A stretch of 64,000 nucleotides of DNA from positions 1 to 64,000 of the forward strand of contig NIVC01001143.1 in NCBI GenBank assembly GCA_002269645.1, in the 5' to 3' direction. Shown here one piece after another: positions 1 to 13,200 of this stretch; position 1 is the stretch's first letter, and every line of letters starts with the position of its first letter. The translations under genes and the position numbers were made by a program. Origin of the DNA: Macrostomum lignano (lineage: Eukaryota). The notes beneath the pieces are model-generated. The model made no database searches. It had not been told where the DNA came from and saw only the letters and a program-made list of their open reading frames with translations.

Positions 1-1264
1 CGGGACTCCGTCACGTTGAACTCCACCCAGCCCCAGCAGGAGATTTGGTATCGTGTGAGCATCGCAATTCCCATTTTCGGTTCAACATCGCAGCTCCCAG
101 AGCTGGCCGGTTGGTTAATTAAGAACAACGCAGATTCTGTTCCAGGACCTTCCTGCGCGTAAGCTGGTGGCAAAAACTTGCACCAGATAAAGGACACCAG
201 TCTGCAGGGTGCCCGCTTGTGGGTGACTTTGTCCCTGGTGGGATCTGAAATAAGGTCATTTGGAAGCACGAGGCATTGCTCGCTAAGATTCTCTAAAAAA
301 ATTATAGAGGCCCAAAGGCCTCTCTGCACTGCACTCACTGCATTCACTGCATTTTTTCTCTTCTCCAGGCAAAATCAGTGCCTTACTGAATTGCAAGCAC
401 TCATAATATACCGATCTTGAGAACAATAAGCTGTTTTTCTACGGATAAAAAGAATGAAAACTTACTGAGCTCAATGGAATTTGTCAAGTCGTCGAATTGA
501 CTGCTGAGATAGGGCTTCATCCCCCATGTGTAATTGAGACTGTCAAACTTTGATCCGCAGTAAGCCAAACATTTCACAGTAATGCTTAGCGGCATGTTCG
601 GCGTGACCTTTTCACCGCAATTTCTGACACATCTGCAATAAAGTACGGATGGCGTACGAATGGAGGAACTTCCGCTGAAAAAAGCAATCTTAAAAAACTC
701 ACTTCAACCCAACTATTGCTGTCTCTGAGGCCGACGAAAAACAACAGATCAGCGGTGGCTTTTCGAGAATCCTTGTAGATTGCCACTCGAATCACATAGG
801 ACCTATTTGGCAGCAGGTGCCATGAGTTGATAACTGTCTCGTTCAGCATTGGGCCTTCGAGAAAAACACCAGCGCCGTTGCCCCAGCAGCCCCTGAAGCC
901 GATGACACTTTGGTTATCCGGAACGCTGACTCGATCGAAGCTTCCCAATGGGAAGCCGCTGGACTCTGCCTCCTGCCTGCAGTGCCACTGGAACTGCATA
1001 CCTGTTAGGTTTCCGTTCTCAACATCCCAGTCACGAGCGTTTACAGTTAAAACTTCAGTTTGATTGTAGTCAACTGACACATTTGAAGGAGCAAACTGCA
1101 GCGTCAGTGGAGTCTTGGTGACGTTAAGCCAGAAGAACTCAGCAGACACCGGCGGTCGAACTGCGAACATGGACACGTTAAGCAGCACTCTGTACATTCC
1201 ATACCACAGAGTTCTGCTTGGCAGGCTGAGGGTGAACGAGTCGGGCAAGGCCAAGTTTAGAGGC
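1..1264 (-). CDS. REJ domain exons, with apparent frame disruptions
   Basis: [33 protein letters not shown]...C...C...YTW and [13 protein letters not shown]...G...T...ISCWGW follow the REJ consensus. Confidence 0.8.
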
Positions 1265-4200
1265 CGTTAGTGTCCTCGATTCGCCACTGCCGTACAGTGG
1301 TGCTGGTCTTTAAGCAGTTTAACTCTACCAAGCAATCTACTGTCAGTAGCTCTGAACGCATCATCTGCAATGGTGGCTCCGAATCATCTTGCGTAATATT
1401 TCTTCCTTTGTAGGTAAAGTTCAAGGCTGGAGGCTCGCACATCCAATCCAGAACCTCTGCAACAGTGTTGGCTGTGTCGTTGCTGACGTGATTGAAGGCA
1501 AACACGCTTGCGTGATACTTGCCGAGATCCGGAAACGTGTGAGAGAATACAACGGACAGGTTGGTGTAGGACAGTTCAGTGAACTCGGTGCTCCGATTGC
1601 TTGCATGCTGTCTGCACACATCGCCTACTCCAAAGAATTCAACGCTTGAATCGCCATAGTCGATCATAAAACAGCCTCCGGTTCCGAATCTCGCGATTTC
1701 CAGGATGAGTGTTGTTGCATTCGATAGAAATACCGAGCCATTGGTCCGGAAACTAGAAATCTTCACTGCATCGAGCACAATATCCACAGTGATGGGAAGC
1801 AGCTGCCATGAGATAAGGTTTGAGCAGTTCAAGGTGAAGTTCTGGAGCCCCAGTGCGGCTCTTCCGAACTGATGGATCAGCAAAGCCTCAGCACCGTTGC
1901 CAACCTCTGGCACGAACAGATAGCGAGTGCCGAATTTTCCCCAGCTGAAGTGGCAGTGCAGATTGGTGAGACTCAATGAGCTGCTGAGGATGAAGTGCAC
2001 CAGTCCTGGAGTGTACAATACGCTCTCATTGTACTCAATCTGCAAGTCGCTAACAAGGTCTTGCACAACGATTTTCTCAACTAAGATATATTGGCTGCTA
2101 ACGCCATTCCAGCCAAATATGTTTGCGCTATAGTTGCCACTGATATTGAAGATTGCAGTCGCCGTGTCCCCGTAGGCCAGTGAGATCCACTGCCCGTCAC
2201 TGCTGTTCACATTGACTCGAACACCAGTGCCAGAATCCAAGTGTGCCGTGAAGTTTAGCATCTCAGCCCGCTGAACTACCAGAGGGCCTGACCACGCCAA
2301 GCCTGACAAAGCTTCTTGGCATTGAAAGCTGGAGTTTGCTAATTCTATGGATGACACGAGATTCCAGCACGTGACTCTGACCAGCTCGGGACTGGCTAGA
2401 AGAGCCCTGGTACAGCCAATGGACAAATTCGCGAATCCTGAGAAAGAGATATTCTCTGACCGACCGGCAAAACGGATATAACAAGTGGCGTTAGTTGGCT
2501 GTGGTTCTTTATGACTGATGGTCATGATGCCGTGAGAACTGAGCTCGATATATTGAGGAACGTGAATGGACAGTGAGCTGACAGGATTCTGTACTATGAC
2601 ATAGAGTACTTGAACATCCGAATTAGTATGAAAGTTAGTGGCCCTGACAGCCACGTTGAATCCTCCAGGCCTGTTGAAATGCACCGCCACTGTGTCCACC
2701 ATTTGCCAAGCAAACAGGTGTGCAGCAGAATAGTTTGCTGAACTTCCGTTGCCAAATTCCACAAAGTAGACCACGTGACTTCCCTGCTCAACACTCAAAG
2801 TAAGCAAGAATGTTTGATTAGTTCGCACCTGTTGACTCCCATTGATTTGCAGGCCGCTGATGTTTTGCTGCAGAATGACGTAAAATGTTTTCGTTAGTGT
2901 GCTGAGCAAGTTGGAGCAAGTTACATTGACCAGTGTGAATGGCATGTCTGTCGATGCAAATTGAAGAACCTCCTGTTGCGTCATTCGAGGTCGCAGATCC
3001 GCAGTGAAGTTGTTCGGTTCTCTGTCCTGCTGCAACTGAGCGCTGCACGAGGCGATGAGGCGGGAGCTGGGACCGCCCTTCAGCAGCGAGAGCTTGAGGC
3101 TGGCATTAAGCGGCGCGGGTGCTGGCGTGTAGTCGAGGTCAATACGTAGGAACTCAGGCAGGTTAGGCACCACTTCCACACTCAACTCTCGAGTCCAAGA
3201 CGTCAGTGCATTGCTTACATTGACCTGTATGGTGAAAGGCCCAACGTCCTCTCCAAAACTAATGTTCCAGCTTACTGAGTGATGCAAGTAGCTGTCGACG
3301 TGACCGCCAGTCAGCCAGTCCCACGTCAGATGACCGCCATTGCTGAAGTTGGCAGTAATTGAGACTGCAGAACCCTGCATCCAGAACACAGAAAAAGTGA
3401 AAAATTCACCGTATCTTAGTACCGAATCGGATACGCTTGAGCTGACGTTCAACAAAGGCACTTCTGAACAGGAGAGACTGCTCAGCAGAGGCACGCAGTG
3501 CAGGTTGTTAGATACGTCAGTCTCCGTATATGACGAGTGCAAACTGCTGTTAAGCACTGAGCACAGATCCGTGAGGCTTCTACATATATCATAGCTAACA
3601 TTGAATGTCACTTGACAGTTGATAGTGAGATTATGAGCCAGCTCTCTGCGCTGCTCCTCTGCGACACATTCGCTAAATTGCGAGTTAAAGCTGCTGGATC
3701 CACGCAGGAAGGCATGTAGCTCGAAATTGAGTCGCGGTGAAGGAACAGCTTCCACCGGGATGCCATCAATCAGCCGTAGTGCATAGGAAACTGCCAGTGT
3801 GGCAGGATACCGGTGAATCCAAGTTGTGTTGAGAACGCCGAATTCGATTGATTCAAGCGCGGTATCCGCTCCTGGGGTGCAGTTCTTTTGAAGGGGTGCA
3901 CATGCAACCATGTGATTTGGAGTGGCAACCACTAAGCTGGAATTGCCTCCCATTGTGGCGTGCACACACAGAAAGTTGAAGTATTCACAGTCAATCAGAC
4001 CTAGAACCTGTGAACTGTGCACAGCGGTCTACTCCCCAGGCAGCAGAGTGTCTCGTAATTGAATTTTTCCGGCTCCAGAATCTCGTGATCTCTCAAGACA
4101 ACTTACGTTATGGCTGCAATCAGTAGGAGAGTTCAGGACTGTCAGCTCGAAGTTTGAATCTGGTGCCGGGACTGCAGCCACAAAAACTGTCCTGGATGAG

Positions 4201-7200
4201 CTCAACAGAAGAGAGACGTTCACCAAAATTCGAGATGGGATAGTTCGAGTAAAAATCCCTGCTATTGCTATGGATGCTGAGACATTGAGCTCCGGCTGAC
4301 ACATGGCTTCAAAGTCTGAGCACATGACATTGTTGTCAAAATTCTCCTCAATGAACCCTGCCGAAGGTCCGACTTCCACTGCTACACAAATATACGTCAA
4401 TATATGGCACAGTCCACCTGCTGGCACAGTTACCGGAGCCACAACTGTAAACTGACGCTGTGTGCCAGTTGACTGTATGAGAGTGGCATTTCCAGACTGA
4501 ATGTGCAGTGGATCAGTGGATACATTCCGACCGTTTCCACTCAGAAAAGCTGAAAATAAATAATCCGTTGCATAGGATCCGTTAAATTTTTCGGCCAGCA
4601 GACCGAGGCTCAAGTAAAGAGTAACGTTTGTTAGCTGGGCTCTGAGAATTGGATGGGAGGGCTGAACAATCGATACGTTTCTAAAGTTCACATCCGCAAC
4701 TGAAATAAAAATTAGAAAGATATTTTTATAATAATGGAGCCTGCTCTGTCTTTCGAACGATACTAGCTCGTACGAGTTTATAATTTTTCGGTCACAACTT
4801 GCCTGGCACGCATTGGGAGCCCCTCTGGCGGAAGGTGGAACGACAGAGACATCTGGTTTCGAGCACTGGTCCGGCTGATAAGCAGACTGTTTTTGATGTC
4901 AGCGAGCATGCCAGATCCGAATAGCACTGTTCTTCGATTGCCATTGCTGTAAATGAAATTGCCTCTCTTATAAAAAAGAAGTCAATAGTACAAAAATAAT
5001 TGCAGTCACTCACGAGTGTGAATGAATGACTTCTCAATAATCCTCATGAAGACCTGACCCCCAGAAAAGTTGGACCATCGCGCTGAGTCAGAGCGGTTGG
5101 CAGCAGTAGATCCCGTCAGCTTTGTTCCGCTGCAGTCCTTGTACCACCAGCCGCTACCCGAAGAAATAGCACACGATCGAAAGTCGCCATGGTCAAAGGT
5201 GGAAAACTTTGAGCCGTTGAGTGTCTCCATCAGGTGCTGGTCGTCGAAGTCGCTGAAGCAACCTTCCAGCAGCAGCCGGAAGCCGTCAGCCGGCGGTGTC
5301 AGTCGCAGCAGGCCGCACTCCACGTAGCGAAAACTGCCATCCTCATTCCAAATGTCCACTCTCATAGAGAAATCCCTAGTGGCAGTGACTTCACTGAGAG
5401 CCTTCAAGCCAAGCCAACTGACATTTTCGTGTTGAAAGCCGTAGAAATACTCAGCCATGGAGCGGTTCATGGACGCCTCCGTCCCAATGTTTTTGTACAC
5501 AACGATCCAGTCATTGAAACAGCCAGCGATGGTATCTCCGATCTCCGAATCGTTTCGGCTGACGCACGTAGGTTCTGCGTAGATTGCACAGGATTAAACT
5601 ATAGCAATAAATGGATCGAAGCGCATGACAAATACATTTTGATCAGATCTGTTTTGTCCAGATCTGTTTCAGATCTATCTTTTTGTTCAGATTCTGTTTT
5701 GCAAATCAGATCTGTTTTGCATTTTGATCAGATCAGATCTATTATTGATCAGATCAGATCAGATCTATTATTGATCAGATCAGAACTGTTTCAACTTACG
5801 CGGCAAGACGCATCCAAAAAGGTCAAGCTTGAATGCAGAATTAGAACTGTACTCTCTGGGAGCTACTCTGACGTGCATGGCGACCACTTCTGTCACAACT
5901 TTCAGTATGAGTACTTGATTGAGCACGTTTGGTTGTTGAGCGGCTACTTGCCGTCCATAAACCTGCAGTTGAAATGGTTTGGCACAATAGACACTAGCGT
6001 AAGATACAATAATCATTTGAAGAAATACGCATAATTTAGCAGGCCTACACTGTGTGCATCCGCGGTGGCCACCATCCAGTCAAAGGCATTGCCATCAAAA
6101 TACTTCAGCAGCACCAGGTCATAGGCCAGCGCTCCGTTCTGTGCGTTTCTCAGATTGTTACCAGCGCCGGTCACGGCCAGCGCTGTGAAGCGAACGATCC
6201 GACTAAAGGACAACTTGAAAGTAAACAAATTTCCAATGAAAAACCAATTCATATGGTACTCTCGAAAGCTTGATACATAATAGTTAAACAGACATCCATA
6301 GACTTCTTACCTGAATGTAGTATCCGTTAAAGTAATCATTATTTGAACCTATCGCAGAGTATATTACTGAGTCGTTGGTGAACCCAGAAGTAGTATTTGA
6401 TGACATAGTTCTCGATAAGTTGAGTTGATAGTCGAATAGATTTTGCCAGCAATTCTCTAAAATAATTTTTTAGAACAGAAAAGACTGAAAAATATGCGAA
6501 ACAGCTGCAAAGAAGTTAAGTTTAAAGCGTACCTCGGCAAAGCTGTTCGACAAGAATGGAGTTCGGGTTTGACACCAGTTGAGAACCTGTGAAATTCGCC
6601 TGAGCCAGAGCTCCATCTTCAGCTAGTAGACCACCGCATCCGCTTTTTTGACAAGAGTCGAGACTCCTCTGCAGATTGGTGTTGTTGCCTGGTTGCTTAG
6701 CATCCACCGAGGTGTTGTAAAATATGTTGTAGTACGGATTACTGCAGCCTGACTGGTCGGTGTTCTCTAAAGTGTAAAAATTAAATGTCCGTGAGCTACG
6801 AGTATGTAAATTGGGTCGAAGCTGTACGAATAACTCGAGAATGACCTTGGCAACCATGAGTCCTCACCCCTCTCTGTTTGGCAGGCGGTTTGAGCTCCGA
6901 CGCTCTCGCATGGCATCGCCAGCCAGGCTTCTTCGGAGAGCCGGGAGGCGGCGCAATCACCAGGCGGCTTCGGTTCGCCGACTCTCCAGTGCGACCAAGA
7001 CAAACTGGCGTTGGACTCTGACACCCACTGACCGGAGTTGAGGCGGGCACCAATGTGAAATATGGCATCGCCTGGAGTCAGTGGCTCGCTTGATTGTCTG
7101 TGTGGAGTTGTACGAGTGCACAATGTATCCGTTTAAACAGGAGATTCATACAATAAGGTATTGCCGGAGATACGAGCTACCTGTATTCAAAAATGTCAAG

Positions 7201-10200
7201 CGTAGAAGTGATTTGGAACTTCATTCTGGCTTTCAAAACATCAGTCTCAAAAAGGGGTTACCCTATTGTGCATCGTCTGCTGCTAGAATCGAACCAACTT
7301 ACAGACTCCATTCGATGAACGCCAACTTCATTACCGCATACTCGTAGTGGCTAGCTGGTAGAAACAAGGCCCCGGGTCGGTGCCAGTTCAGAGCTGAGCA
7401 AACGTCCCCTGCCAGCTGCCGGGAGACTCCCGTAGTCCCAGCCATCATGTGGTGACGGCAGCGTCCCTCGAAATAGTAGAAATTGACTGGACAGTCTGTG
7501 TGGGAGGTCGCATGTTTTGAATATTTCCCATTAATTTGGCATTTGCTGTTGGAAAATGCGGCTTTCAGCTTCGTTGGACTCACCTTCGGTCGGGCAACCA
7601 AACAAGTCAACGCCAAACTCGTTGATCTCGGACGCATTGGCTGTCAGCTGGCCGACCGTGGCAATGACGGTTCGATTCAACCATACTGAGTTGCTTCCGT
7701 TGCTAACGCTGATCGTCTAAAAAAAGCATTAAATAAGTTTAAGGCTGATTCAGACGCACTTCGGAGAGCTGGAGCATCAAATGTTCCTTACCAAAACCTC
7801 CGATGAATGATCGTTCAATGAGAGACGAATCCAAGCGGTCGGAAAGTTGCTGTTAACGGCAACGCTTATGTTGGTGAGATAGTGAGCCCGATGCAGAGTG
7901 AAGTTTAACACCCGCTGTCCCTGCTGCGAGGACCGATTGAAAACTACGGAGCTGGATGGGATTGGTTCGCACTCTGAAATGTTTGTCGATGTAGGTGCAC
8001 TTCCGTATTCGTCCTCGAGGATATGAAGCACAGGGAGAGGTGGGCTAAAGCCCCAAAATGTCCCCTGCCCTTCCTCCGTCCTGCGCAGGGGCCCTGCTTG
8101 GACTCAACCGCAGGGACATCAGGTCGGTGACCATGGACCTCTCGGTTCATGGCTGTTTTGCCAGACATCGTTAGCTCCAGGGAAAATCCGTAGCGAGGAA
8201 TGCCCCTATGGTGTCGAGAATGCGGAGCATTTCATCTGTGAATGCCCCGCCTTTACTCAGGACAGGCTCGGCTCACCTACCTCGGCCCAAACCCGGACCT
8301 CTCCGACGTTTTCAGGCCCGAGAACCTCTGCCAGCTCGCCCGCTACCTAAGGGCTACCGGGCGAGCGACCATCCACCTCCTAAACTCTCCGGAGGGGGGA
8401 GAGGGAGGAACTCCCTGCACAATACCACAGCATTAGCTTCCTCGCTACATCCGGATGCACAGAGCCCCCCTGCAACTAAGTCAAGTAAGTCAAGAGGATA
8501 TGAAGAACAAATTAAGCCAGCAGAAATCAACACTCACGGACTGGCAGAGCAACAAGTTCAAGCCGCAGTGCCCCTCGCTGGCAACTTTGACGGATGTCAG
8601 GGTGATCAACTTGGCAACGATGGGTTCTGGGAAGTCTTCAACGAGTTCCGCAGAGCCTGTGTTCGTACCCAACAGGGTTCTATTGGGAGGGAACTGCCTG
8701 GCCACCTCCATTGGCCTGTCGGCGTCGTTGACACGCGACTGCAGGTGGAACGTGTCCACGTACGACTCGGCGATGCCTCGGCTGGTCAGACCGAAGACTC
8801 GATGCGGCACAGGGAACTTGACTGTCATTGAGCTGTTGACTGGCAGCGGCATGAGCCCGGGTCCCTGCAGCAGAGAGGCTGTGCCCAATGACCAGGAGCT
8901 CACATTGCCCGGCCTGCGAACTGTCACTTGGTGAGGCCAGTATGGCGCCAATGGAATCTCATCTGAAGCGCCCGGTGTTGGGCAGCCGAACAGCTCAAAC
9001 TTGCCCGCCAGACGGCCCCGAATCAGCAGCGGATGAAACCGGAACAGCCGGCCAGTGACCGGGTGTTGGAGTTTCTCGATAATTGACGTGCAAGTGTCCG
9101 GCCCGTATAAAGTCTGTATGGGAGGAGAGGAGGAAAGTTTTGAGAGAGTATTTTTAAGACCATTGGCCCTCACAAATCACAAAACAGACTTTGCTCCGTA
9201 CTTACATAAGGATACATGCGCCACTGTCTATTGCAGCAGGAGAACAGCAAGATGTACACCAGCAAGGCCTCGTGTGGAAGTCCTGGCAGGCAAAACACGC
9301 CTGACACACCAACTGCGGTGACGGTGACGGTGACTCGAAAGTTCACCTGCAGCCACTCCTCCGGACCGGTAGATGCCGCGCGGTAGAACCCGAAGGTGGC
9401 TACGCTGGAAGCTGAATCAACAAGGGTGGAAACCGGAATAAAATGACGCGGAATGGAAATTTAAAACCCACAAATACTACTTACTTTGAGAGAAGTAGCT
9501 GAACGCTGCCATTTCCGGAGAATGCCCAGTGAGACTTGACTTGGTAGAAATATTTAACAGAACTGGAGAACCTTCCCAGAATGCACCGATGAGCGGATGG
9601 TCGCAATCGGGATCTGAAAATGAATTTTTAATGAGTTTTATCCCGCTAAAAGCAGGTCGCGTCACTGAGATAGCGCAGTGCAGCTAGTGCAGTGCAGCTA
9701 GTGCAGCAGCTTACCATAGCAACTCCACTGAAGCGCCATGGAAGCATTCACATTTGAACTCCGCGTTGACCTCGCTGCGGCTGTGGCGACAGGATCAGCT
9801 AGCAGCACTGCTGTGCAGTTGCCAGTGATGTTTCTTTGGCAGTCAGCGAGTGCAAGAAAAGTTGAGTTGGTCAGGCTGTACTGCTCAATCTGTGTTGTGT
9901 CGTTTTGACTGAGCTGCGATAAGTACAGCCGCTTGCTGCAAGTTCCATCTGAAAGAGTTTTGAGCACTGATTTGTAACCGACTGGAAGCATTTTTTGAAC
10001 AGCAAATCTGCAAAGTTGAGCTGCTCACTGTGGCTGAGAACTGCGGGAATTTCGCATACAAACGGGAAGGCGCTGCTTTCACTCTCGCAGGCCACGCTGT
10101 TCCAGGCCATCCGCTCCCCGATTTCCGCCACAACGCAGCCGTTCGCTGGCGGCTCAGCGTGCCAGCTGTTGAGGTGCAGCCCTAGCGGCGTCCCGTCTGA

Positions 10201-13200
10201 CGCTTCAAACCTGCCGCTGCTGCTGTTGAACTCGCCGTCGATGTGGACAAACTTGTGCGCGGAAACGGCGCTGCGGGATGCAGCAAAACAGATTTTGTTT
10301 TATTGCAAAGTGATCCCAGCACGTTGTGTTCTAAAGGCCAATGAACCCCACCTGTTTAACAGAGGCCTCATCAGACTGCGAATGATCTGCAGCTCCATCT
10401 CGGTGGTCATTCTGGCCAGCCTGCCCGTGCCGTTCCAGGCTGCCGCGGAGCTGCACAGCCGCTGCGCCGCCCGCCTGCTGGCGATGGTGTGGGGCTGCGA
10501 GCCCCCGGTAAGCGGCACCCAGTAGCAGAGGCTGCCGTGGCGAAACGTGTTGACAGGGCAGTCTGCGGGAGAGGCCATGTAGGGCATTTTGTACTTTCAT
10601 GAAGGTACTTTGATTTGTTTTTTCCATGTACATGCACCTTACCGTTCATAGGGCAGCCGCGCAACTGCAGCTGGCTGTCGCTGGGCTGCCAGTTCTCAGT
10701 GAAGTTCAAGGTTAGCGCTGAGGTGCGGACAACCGCGGGCAGACTCTGGCTGGTTCCCAGTGTGCAGCTGAATCTCTAAAAAACAGAAATAAGAGCAGTA
10801 TTATAATTCATTTTCACATCGTGTAGTTTGGCGAAGGAGAACCAGCTCACAAGTTCGTTTCCATGAAGTCTGATTGACTCGGTCGCGCCGTCTCGCATTG
10901 TGACAAACGAGACCGTGAAGGATGCATTGGCTGGAGCGCCGATCAGAGACCAGCCGGTGAGCAAGTGGGGTCTGGCGAGCCGCACCTGCACGGCTGCTCC
11001 AACTAGCTGGGTGGCCATGTCAGATGGTGCCACGAAGCCGCAGTCTACAAAATTGTTTAAAATATTGTTTATACTCGTAACTTCTAAACCAATTCAATTT
11101 CCTTTTTGATTCAGCTCACCATCGGGATAGCCAAGAAGCTCCATCCTGAGCAGGCATTTGCCAACACAACTTGTTGGGCGAATTTTTACGACCTTGGCTT
11201 GTATTGGATTGGTAAGAAACTTCCTGAGAGCGATGTGGGCGTCTGTCAGGCCAGTGTTGATAGTCTGAAGAGTTTGTTTTGGCAATCGCAGATTACAATG
11301 TCGTATTATGAACTATAATATTTTTCCTGATGTTCTGATGAAAAATTGGTCCAGGAGGTGCGGCCGATTTCAAAACTCAGGGAGTCGGCAACTCCAGCCC
11401 GCAGACCACACAGCGAAGCCATTTATCCGGCCCTCGGATCCTTTGAAACTTGAAATAGCAATCCGGCCCGCTCAAGGTTTGTGTTGCTTCTCAGCTCTCT
11501 TTTCCTTCTCTTCTCTCCTCTCCCTTCTCTCCTCTCCTCTCCTCTCCTCTCCTCTCCTCTCCTCTCCTTTCCTCTCCTCTCCTCTCCTCTCCTTCTCTCC
11601 TCTCCTTTCCTCTCCTCTCCTCTCCTCTCCTCTCCTCTCCTCTCCTCTCCTCTCCTCTCCTCTCCTCTCCTCTCCTCTCCTCTCCTCTCCTCTCCTCTCC
11701 TCTCCTCTCCTCTCCTCTCCTCTCCTCTCCTCTCCTCTCCTCTCCTCTCCTCTCCTCTCCTCTCCTCTCCTCTCCTCTCCTCTCCTCTCCTCTCCTCTCC
11801 TCTCTCCTCTCCTCTCCTCTCCTCTCCTCTCCTCTCCTCTCTCTCCTCTCTTCTCCTCTCTTCTCCTCTCTCTTCTCTCCTCTCCTCTCTCTTCTCTCCT
11901 CTCTTCTCCTCTCTTCTCCTCTCTCTTCTCTCCTCTCCTCTCCTCTCCTCTCTCTCCTCTCCTCTCCTCTCTCTCTCTCCTCTCCTGTCTGTACTTTCTT
12001 TTCCTTTATTCCCTCGCCTCCTTTCTTCTATCTCTCTTCTCAATTCCCTCTGGCCCTCTCCTCTCTCCCCTCCTCTGTCCCGCCACGCACTAGATTCTCT
12101 ATCTAGCACTTTAAGTGTGTCTGTGTCTACGTAATTTAATACCATAGACTATAGCTCGTAAAATAAGCACATACGTGCATATAACGTTACAACACTTTAA
12201 AAAAGAATTGGTACTTTTCAGGATAACAGCGAAGGCTTTCAGTTAAAGCATACGAAGATAAAAAAACGACCCGCTAAAAAGTCTTTATAGAATCTGGTGG
12301 TAACTATGAGAGCTTAAACTGTTGCAGCTGCAGTGCTTCTAGTAGGAATCTGTGCTCAAGCAGATGGGCGAGCGCCCGAGTGCTTGCCTGGCAACTACCT
12401 GAACTCAAGCAACTCGCACTACCCACACTGCCGGCCCTGTCCGCCAGGTCTGTACTCGAAATCCGCCGGAACTCCGACTTGAACTTCGCCCTGGCAAGAA
12501 AGAAGGGCCTGACCAGATGCGACTGGTGCCCAGGCGGGGCCACCACTGAGAACAGCCACACTTGCCTCAGTGAGTCCAATGTATCTAATTTAATCTATAT
12601 CTGGTGTAGGCAAGGGGAGGGCCATGACCCCCTCCTAGAAACCGACTCCCCTAAAAAAGATTACCTGTCTCTTCCAAGTAGGGACATTGTTCATTTAGAA
12701 TACCATTTAGAATTTCTATTTTACTGTTTAGAATGTCTATTTTAGAATTTACCTCTTTTAGAAAGTCTATTTCAGGTCCTTAGAATCTCTATTAAAATGT
12801 CTCGGAATATCCGTGAAAATTCGTTTGCAAGAGAGAACCAAACAAAAAATAACTACTTCAGAAAGAGTGAAGCTGCACTGCAAGCCGGGCGACGCCGGTA
12901 GCGAGGTGTGCAAGCGCACAACCGACAGGAAATCCGCCACTTTCGCCACCATCCCGGCCGGCTCTTCGGTGCGCTACCGACTGGAGCGCCCGGCTAAGCT
13001 GGCCAGCATCGTATTCCTGAGAAACAACCACTGCTGCTCAACTGACGTTGAGGACTTGAAGATCACCCTCTCCGACCAGAGCTGGTGCACCCTCGACACG
13101 GAGCGCATTAAAAAATGGAGCACCAGAAAGTACGCGCGCATGAATCACTGCACCTCCCGAGGCAATATCGAGTACTTTGACGTGGCCACTTGGAAAAGAA

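Noticed and set aside
4029-4031. In-frame TAG between the two long PKD ORFs, first read as a nonsense mutation or readthrough
   Set aside because: It lies inside a 99-nt phase-0 intron (4008-4106, AAC|GTAAGT...cacag|GTT).
9982-10028. Apparent homopolymer frameshift at the T6 run 9991-9996
   Set aside because: A 47-nt phase-1 intron (A|GTGAGC...ttccag|TC) explains the frame change.
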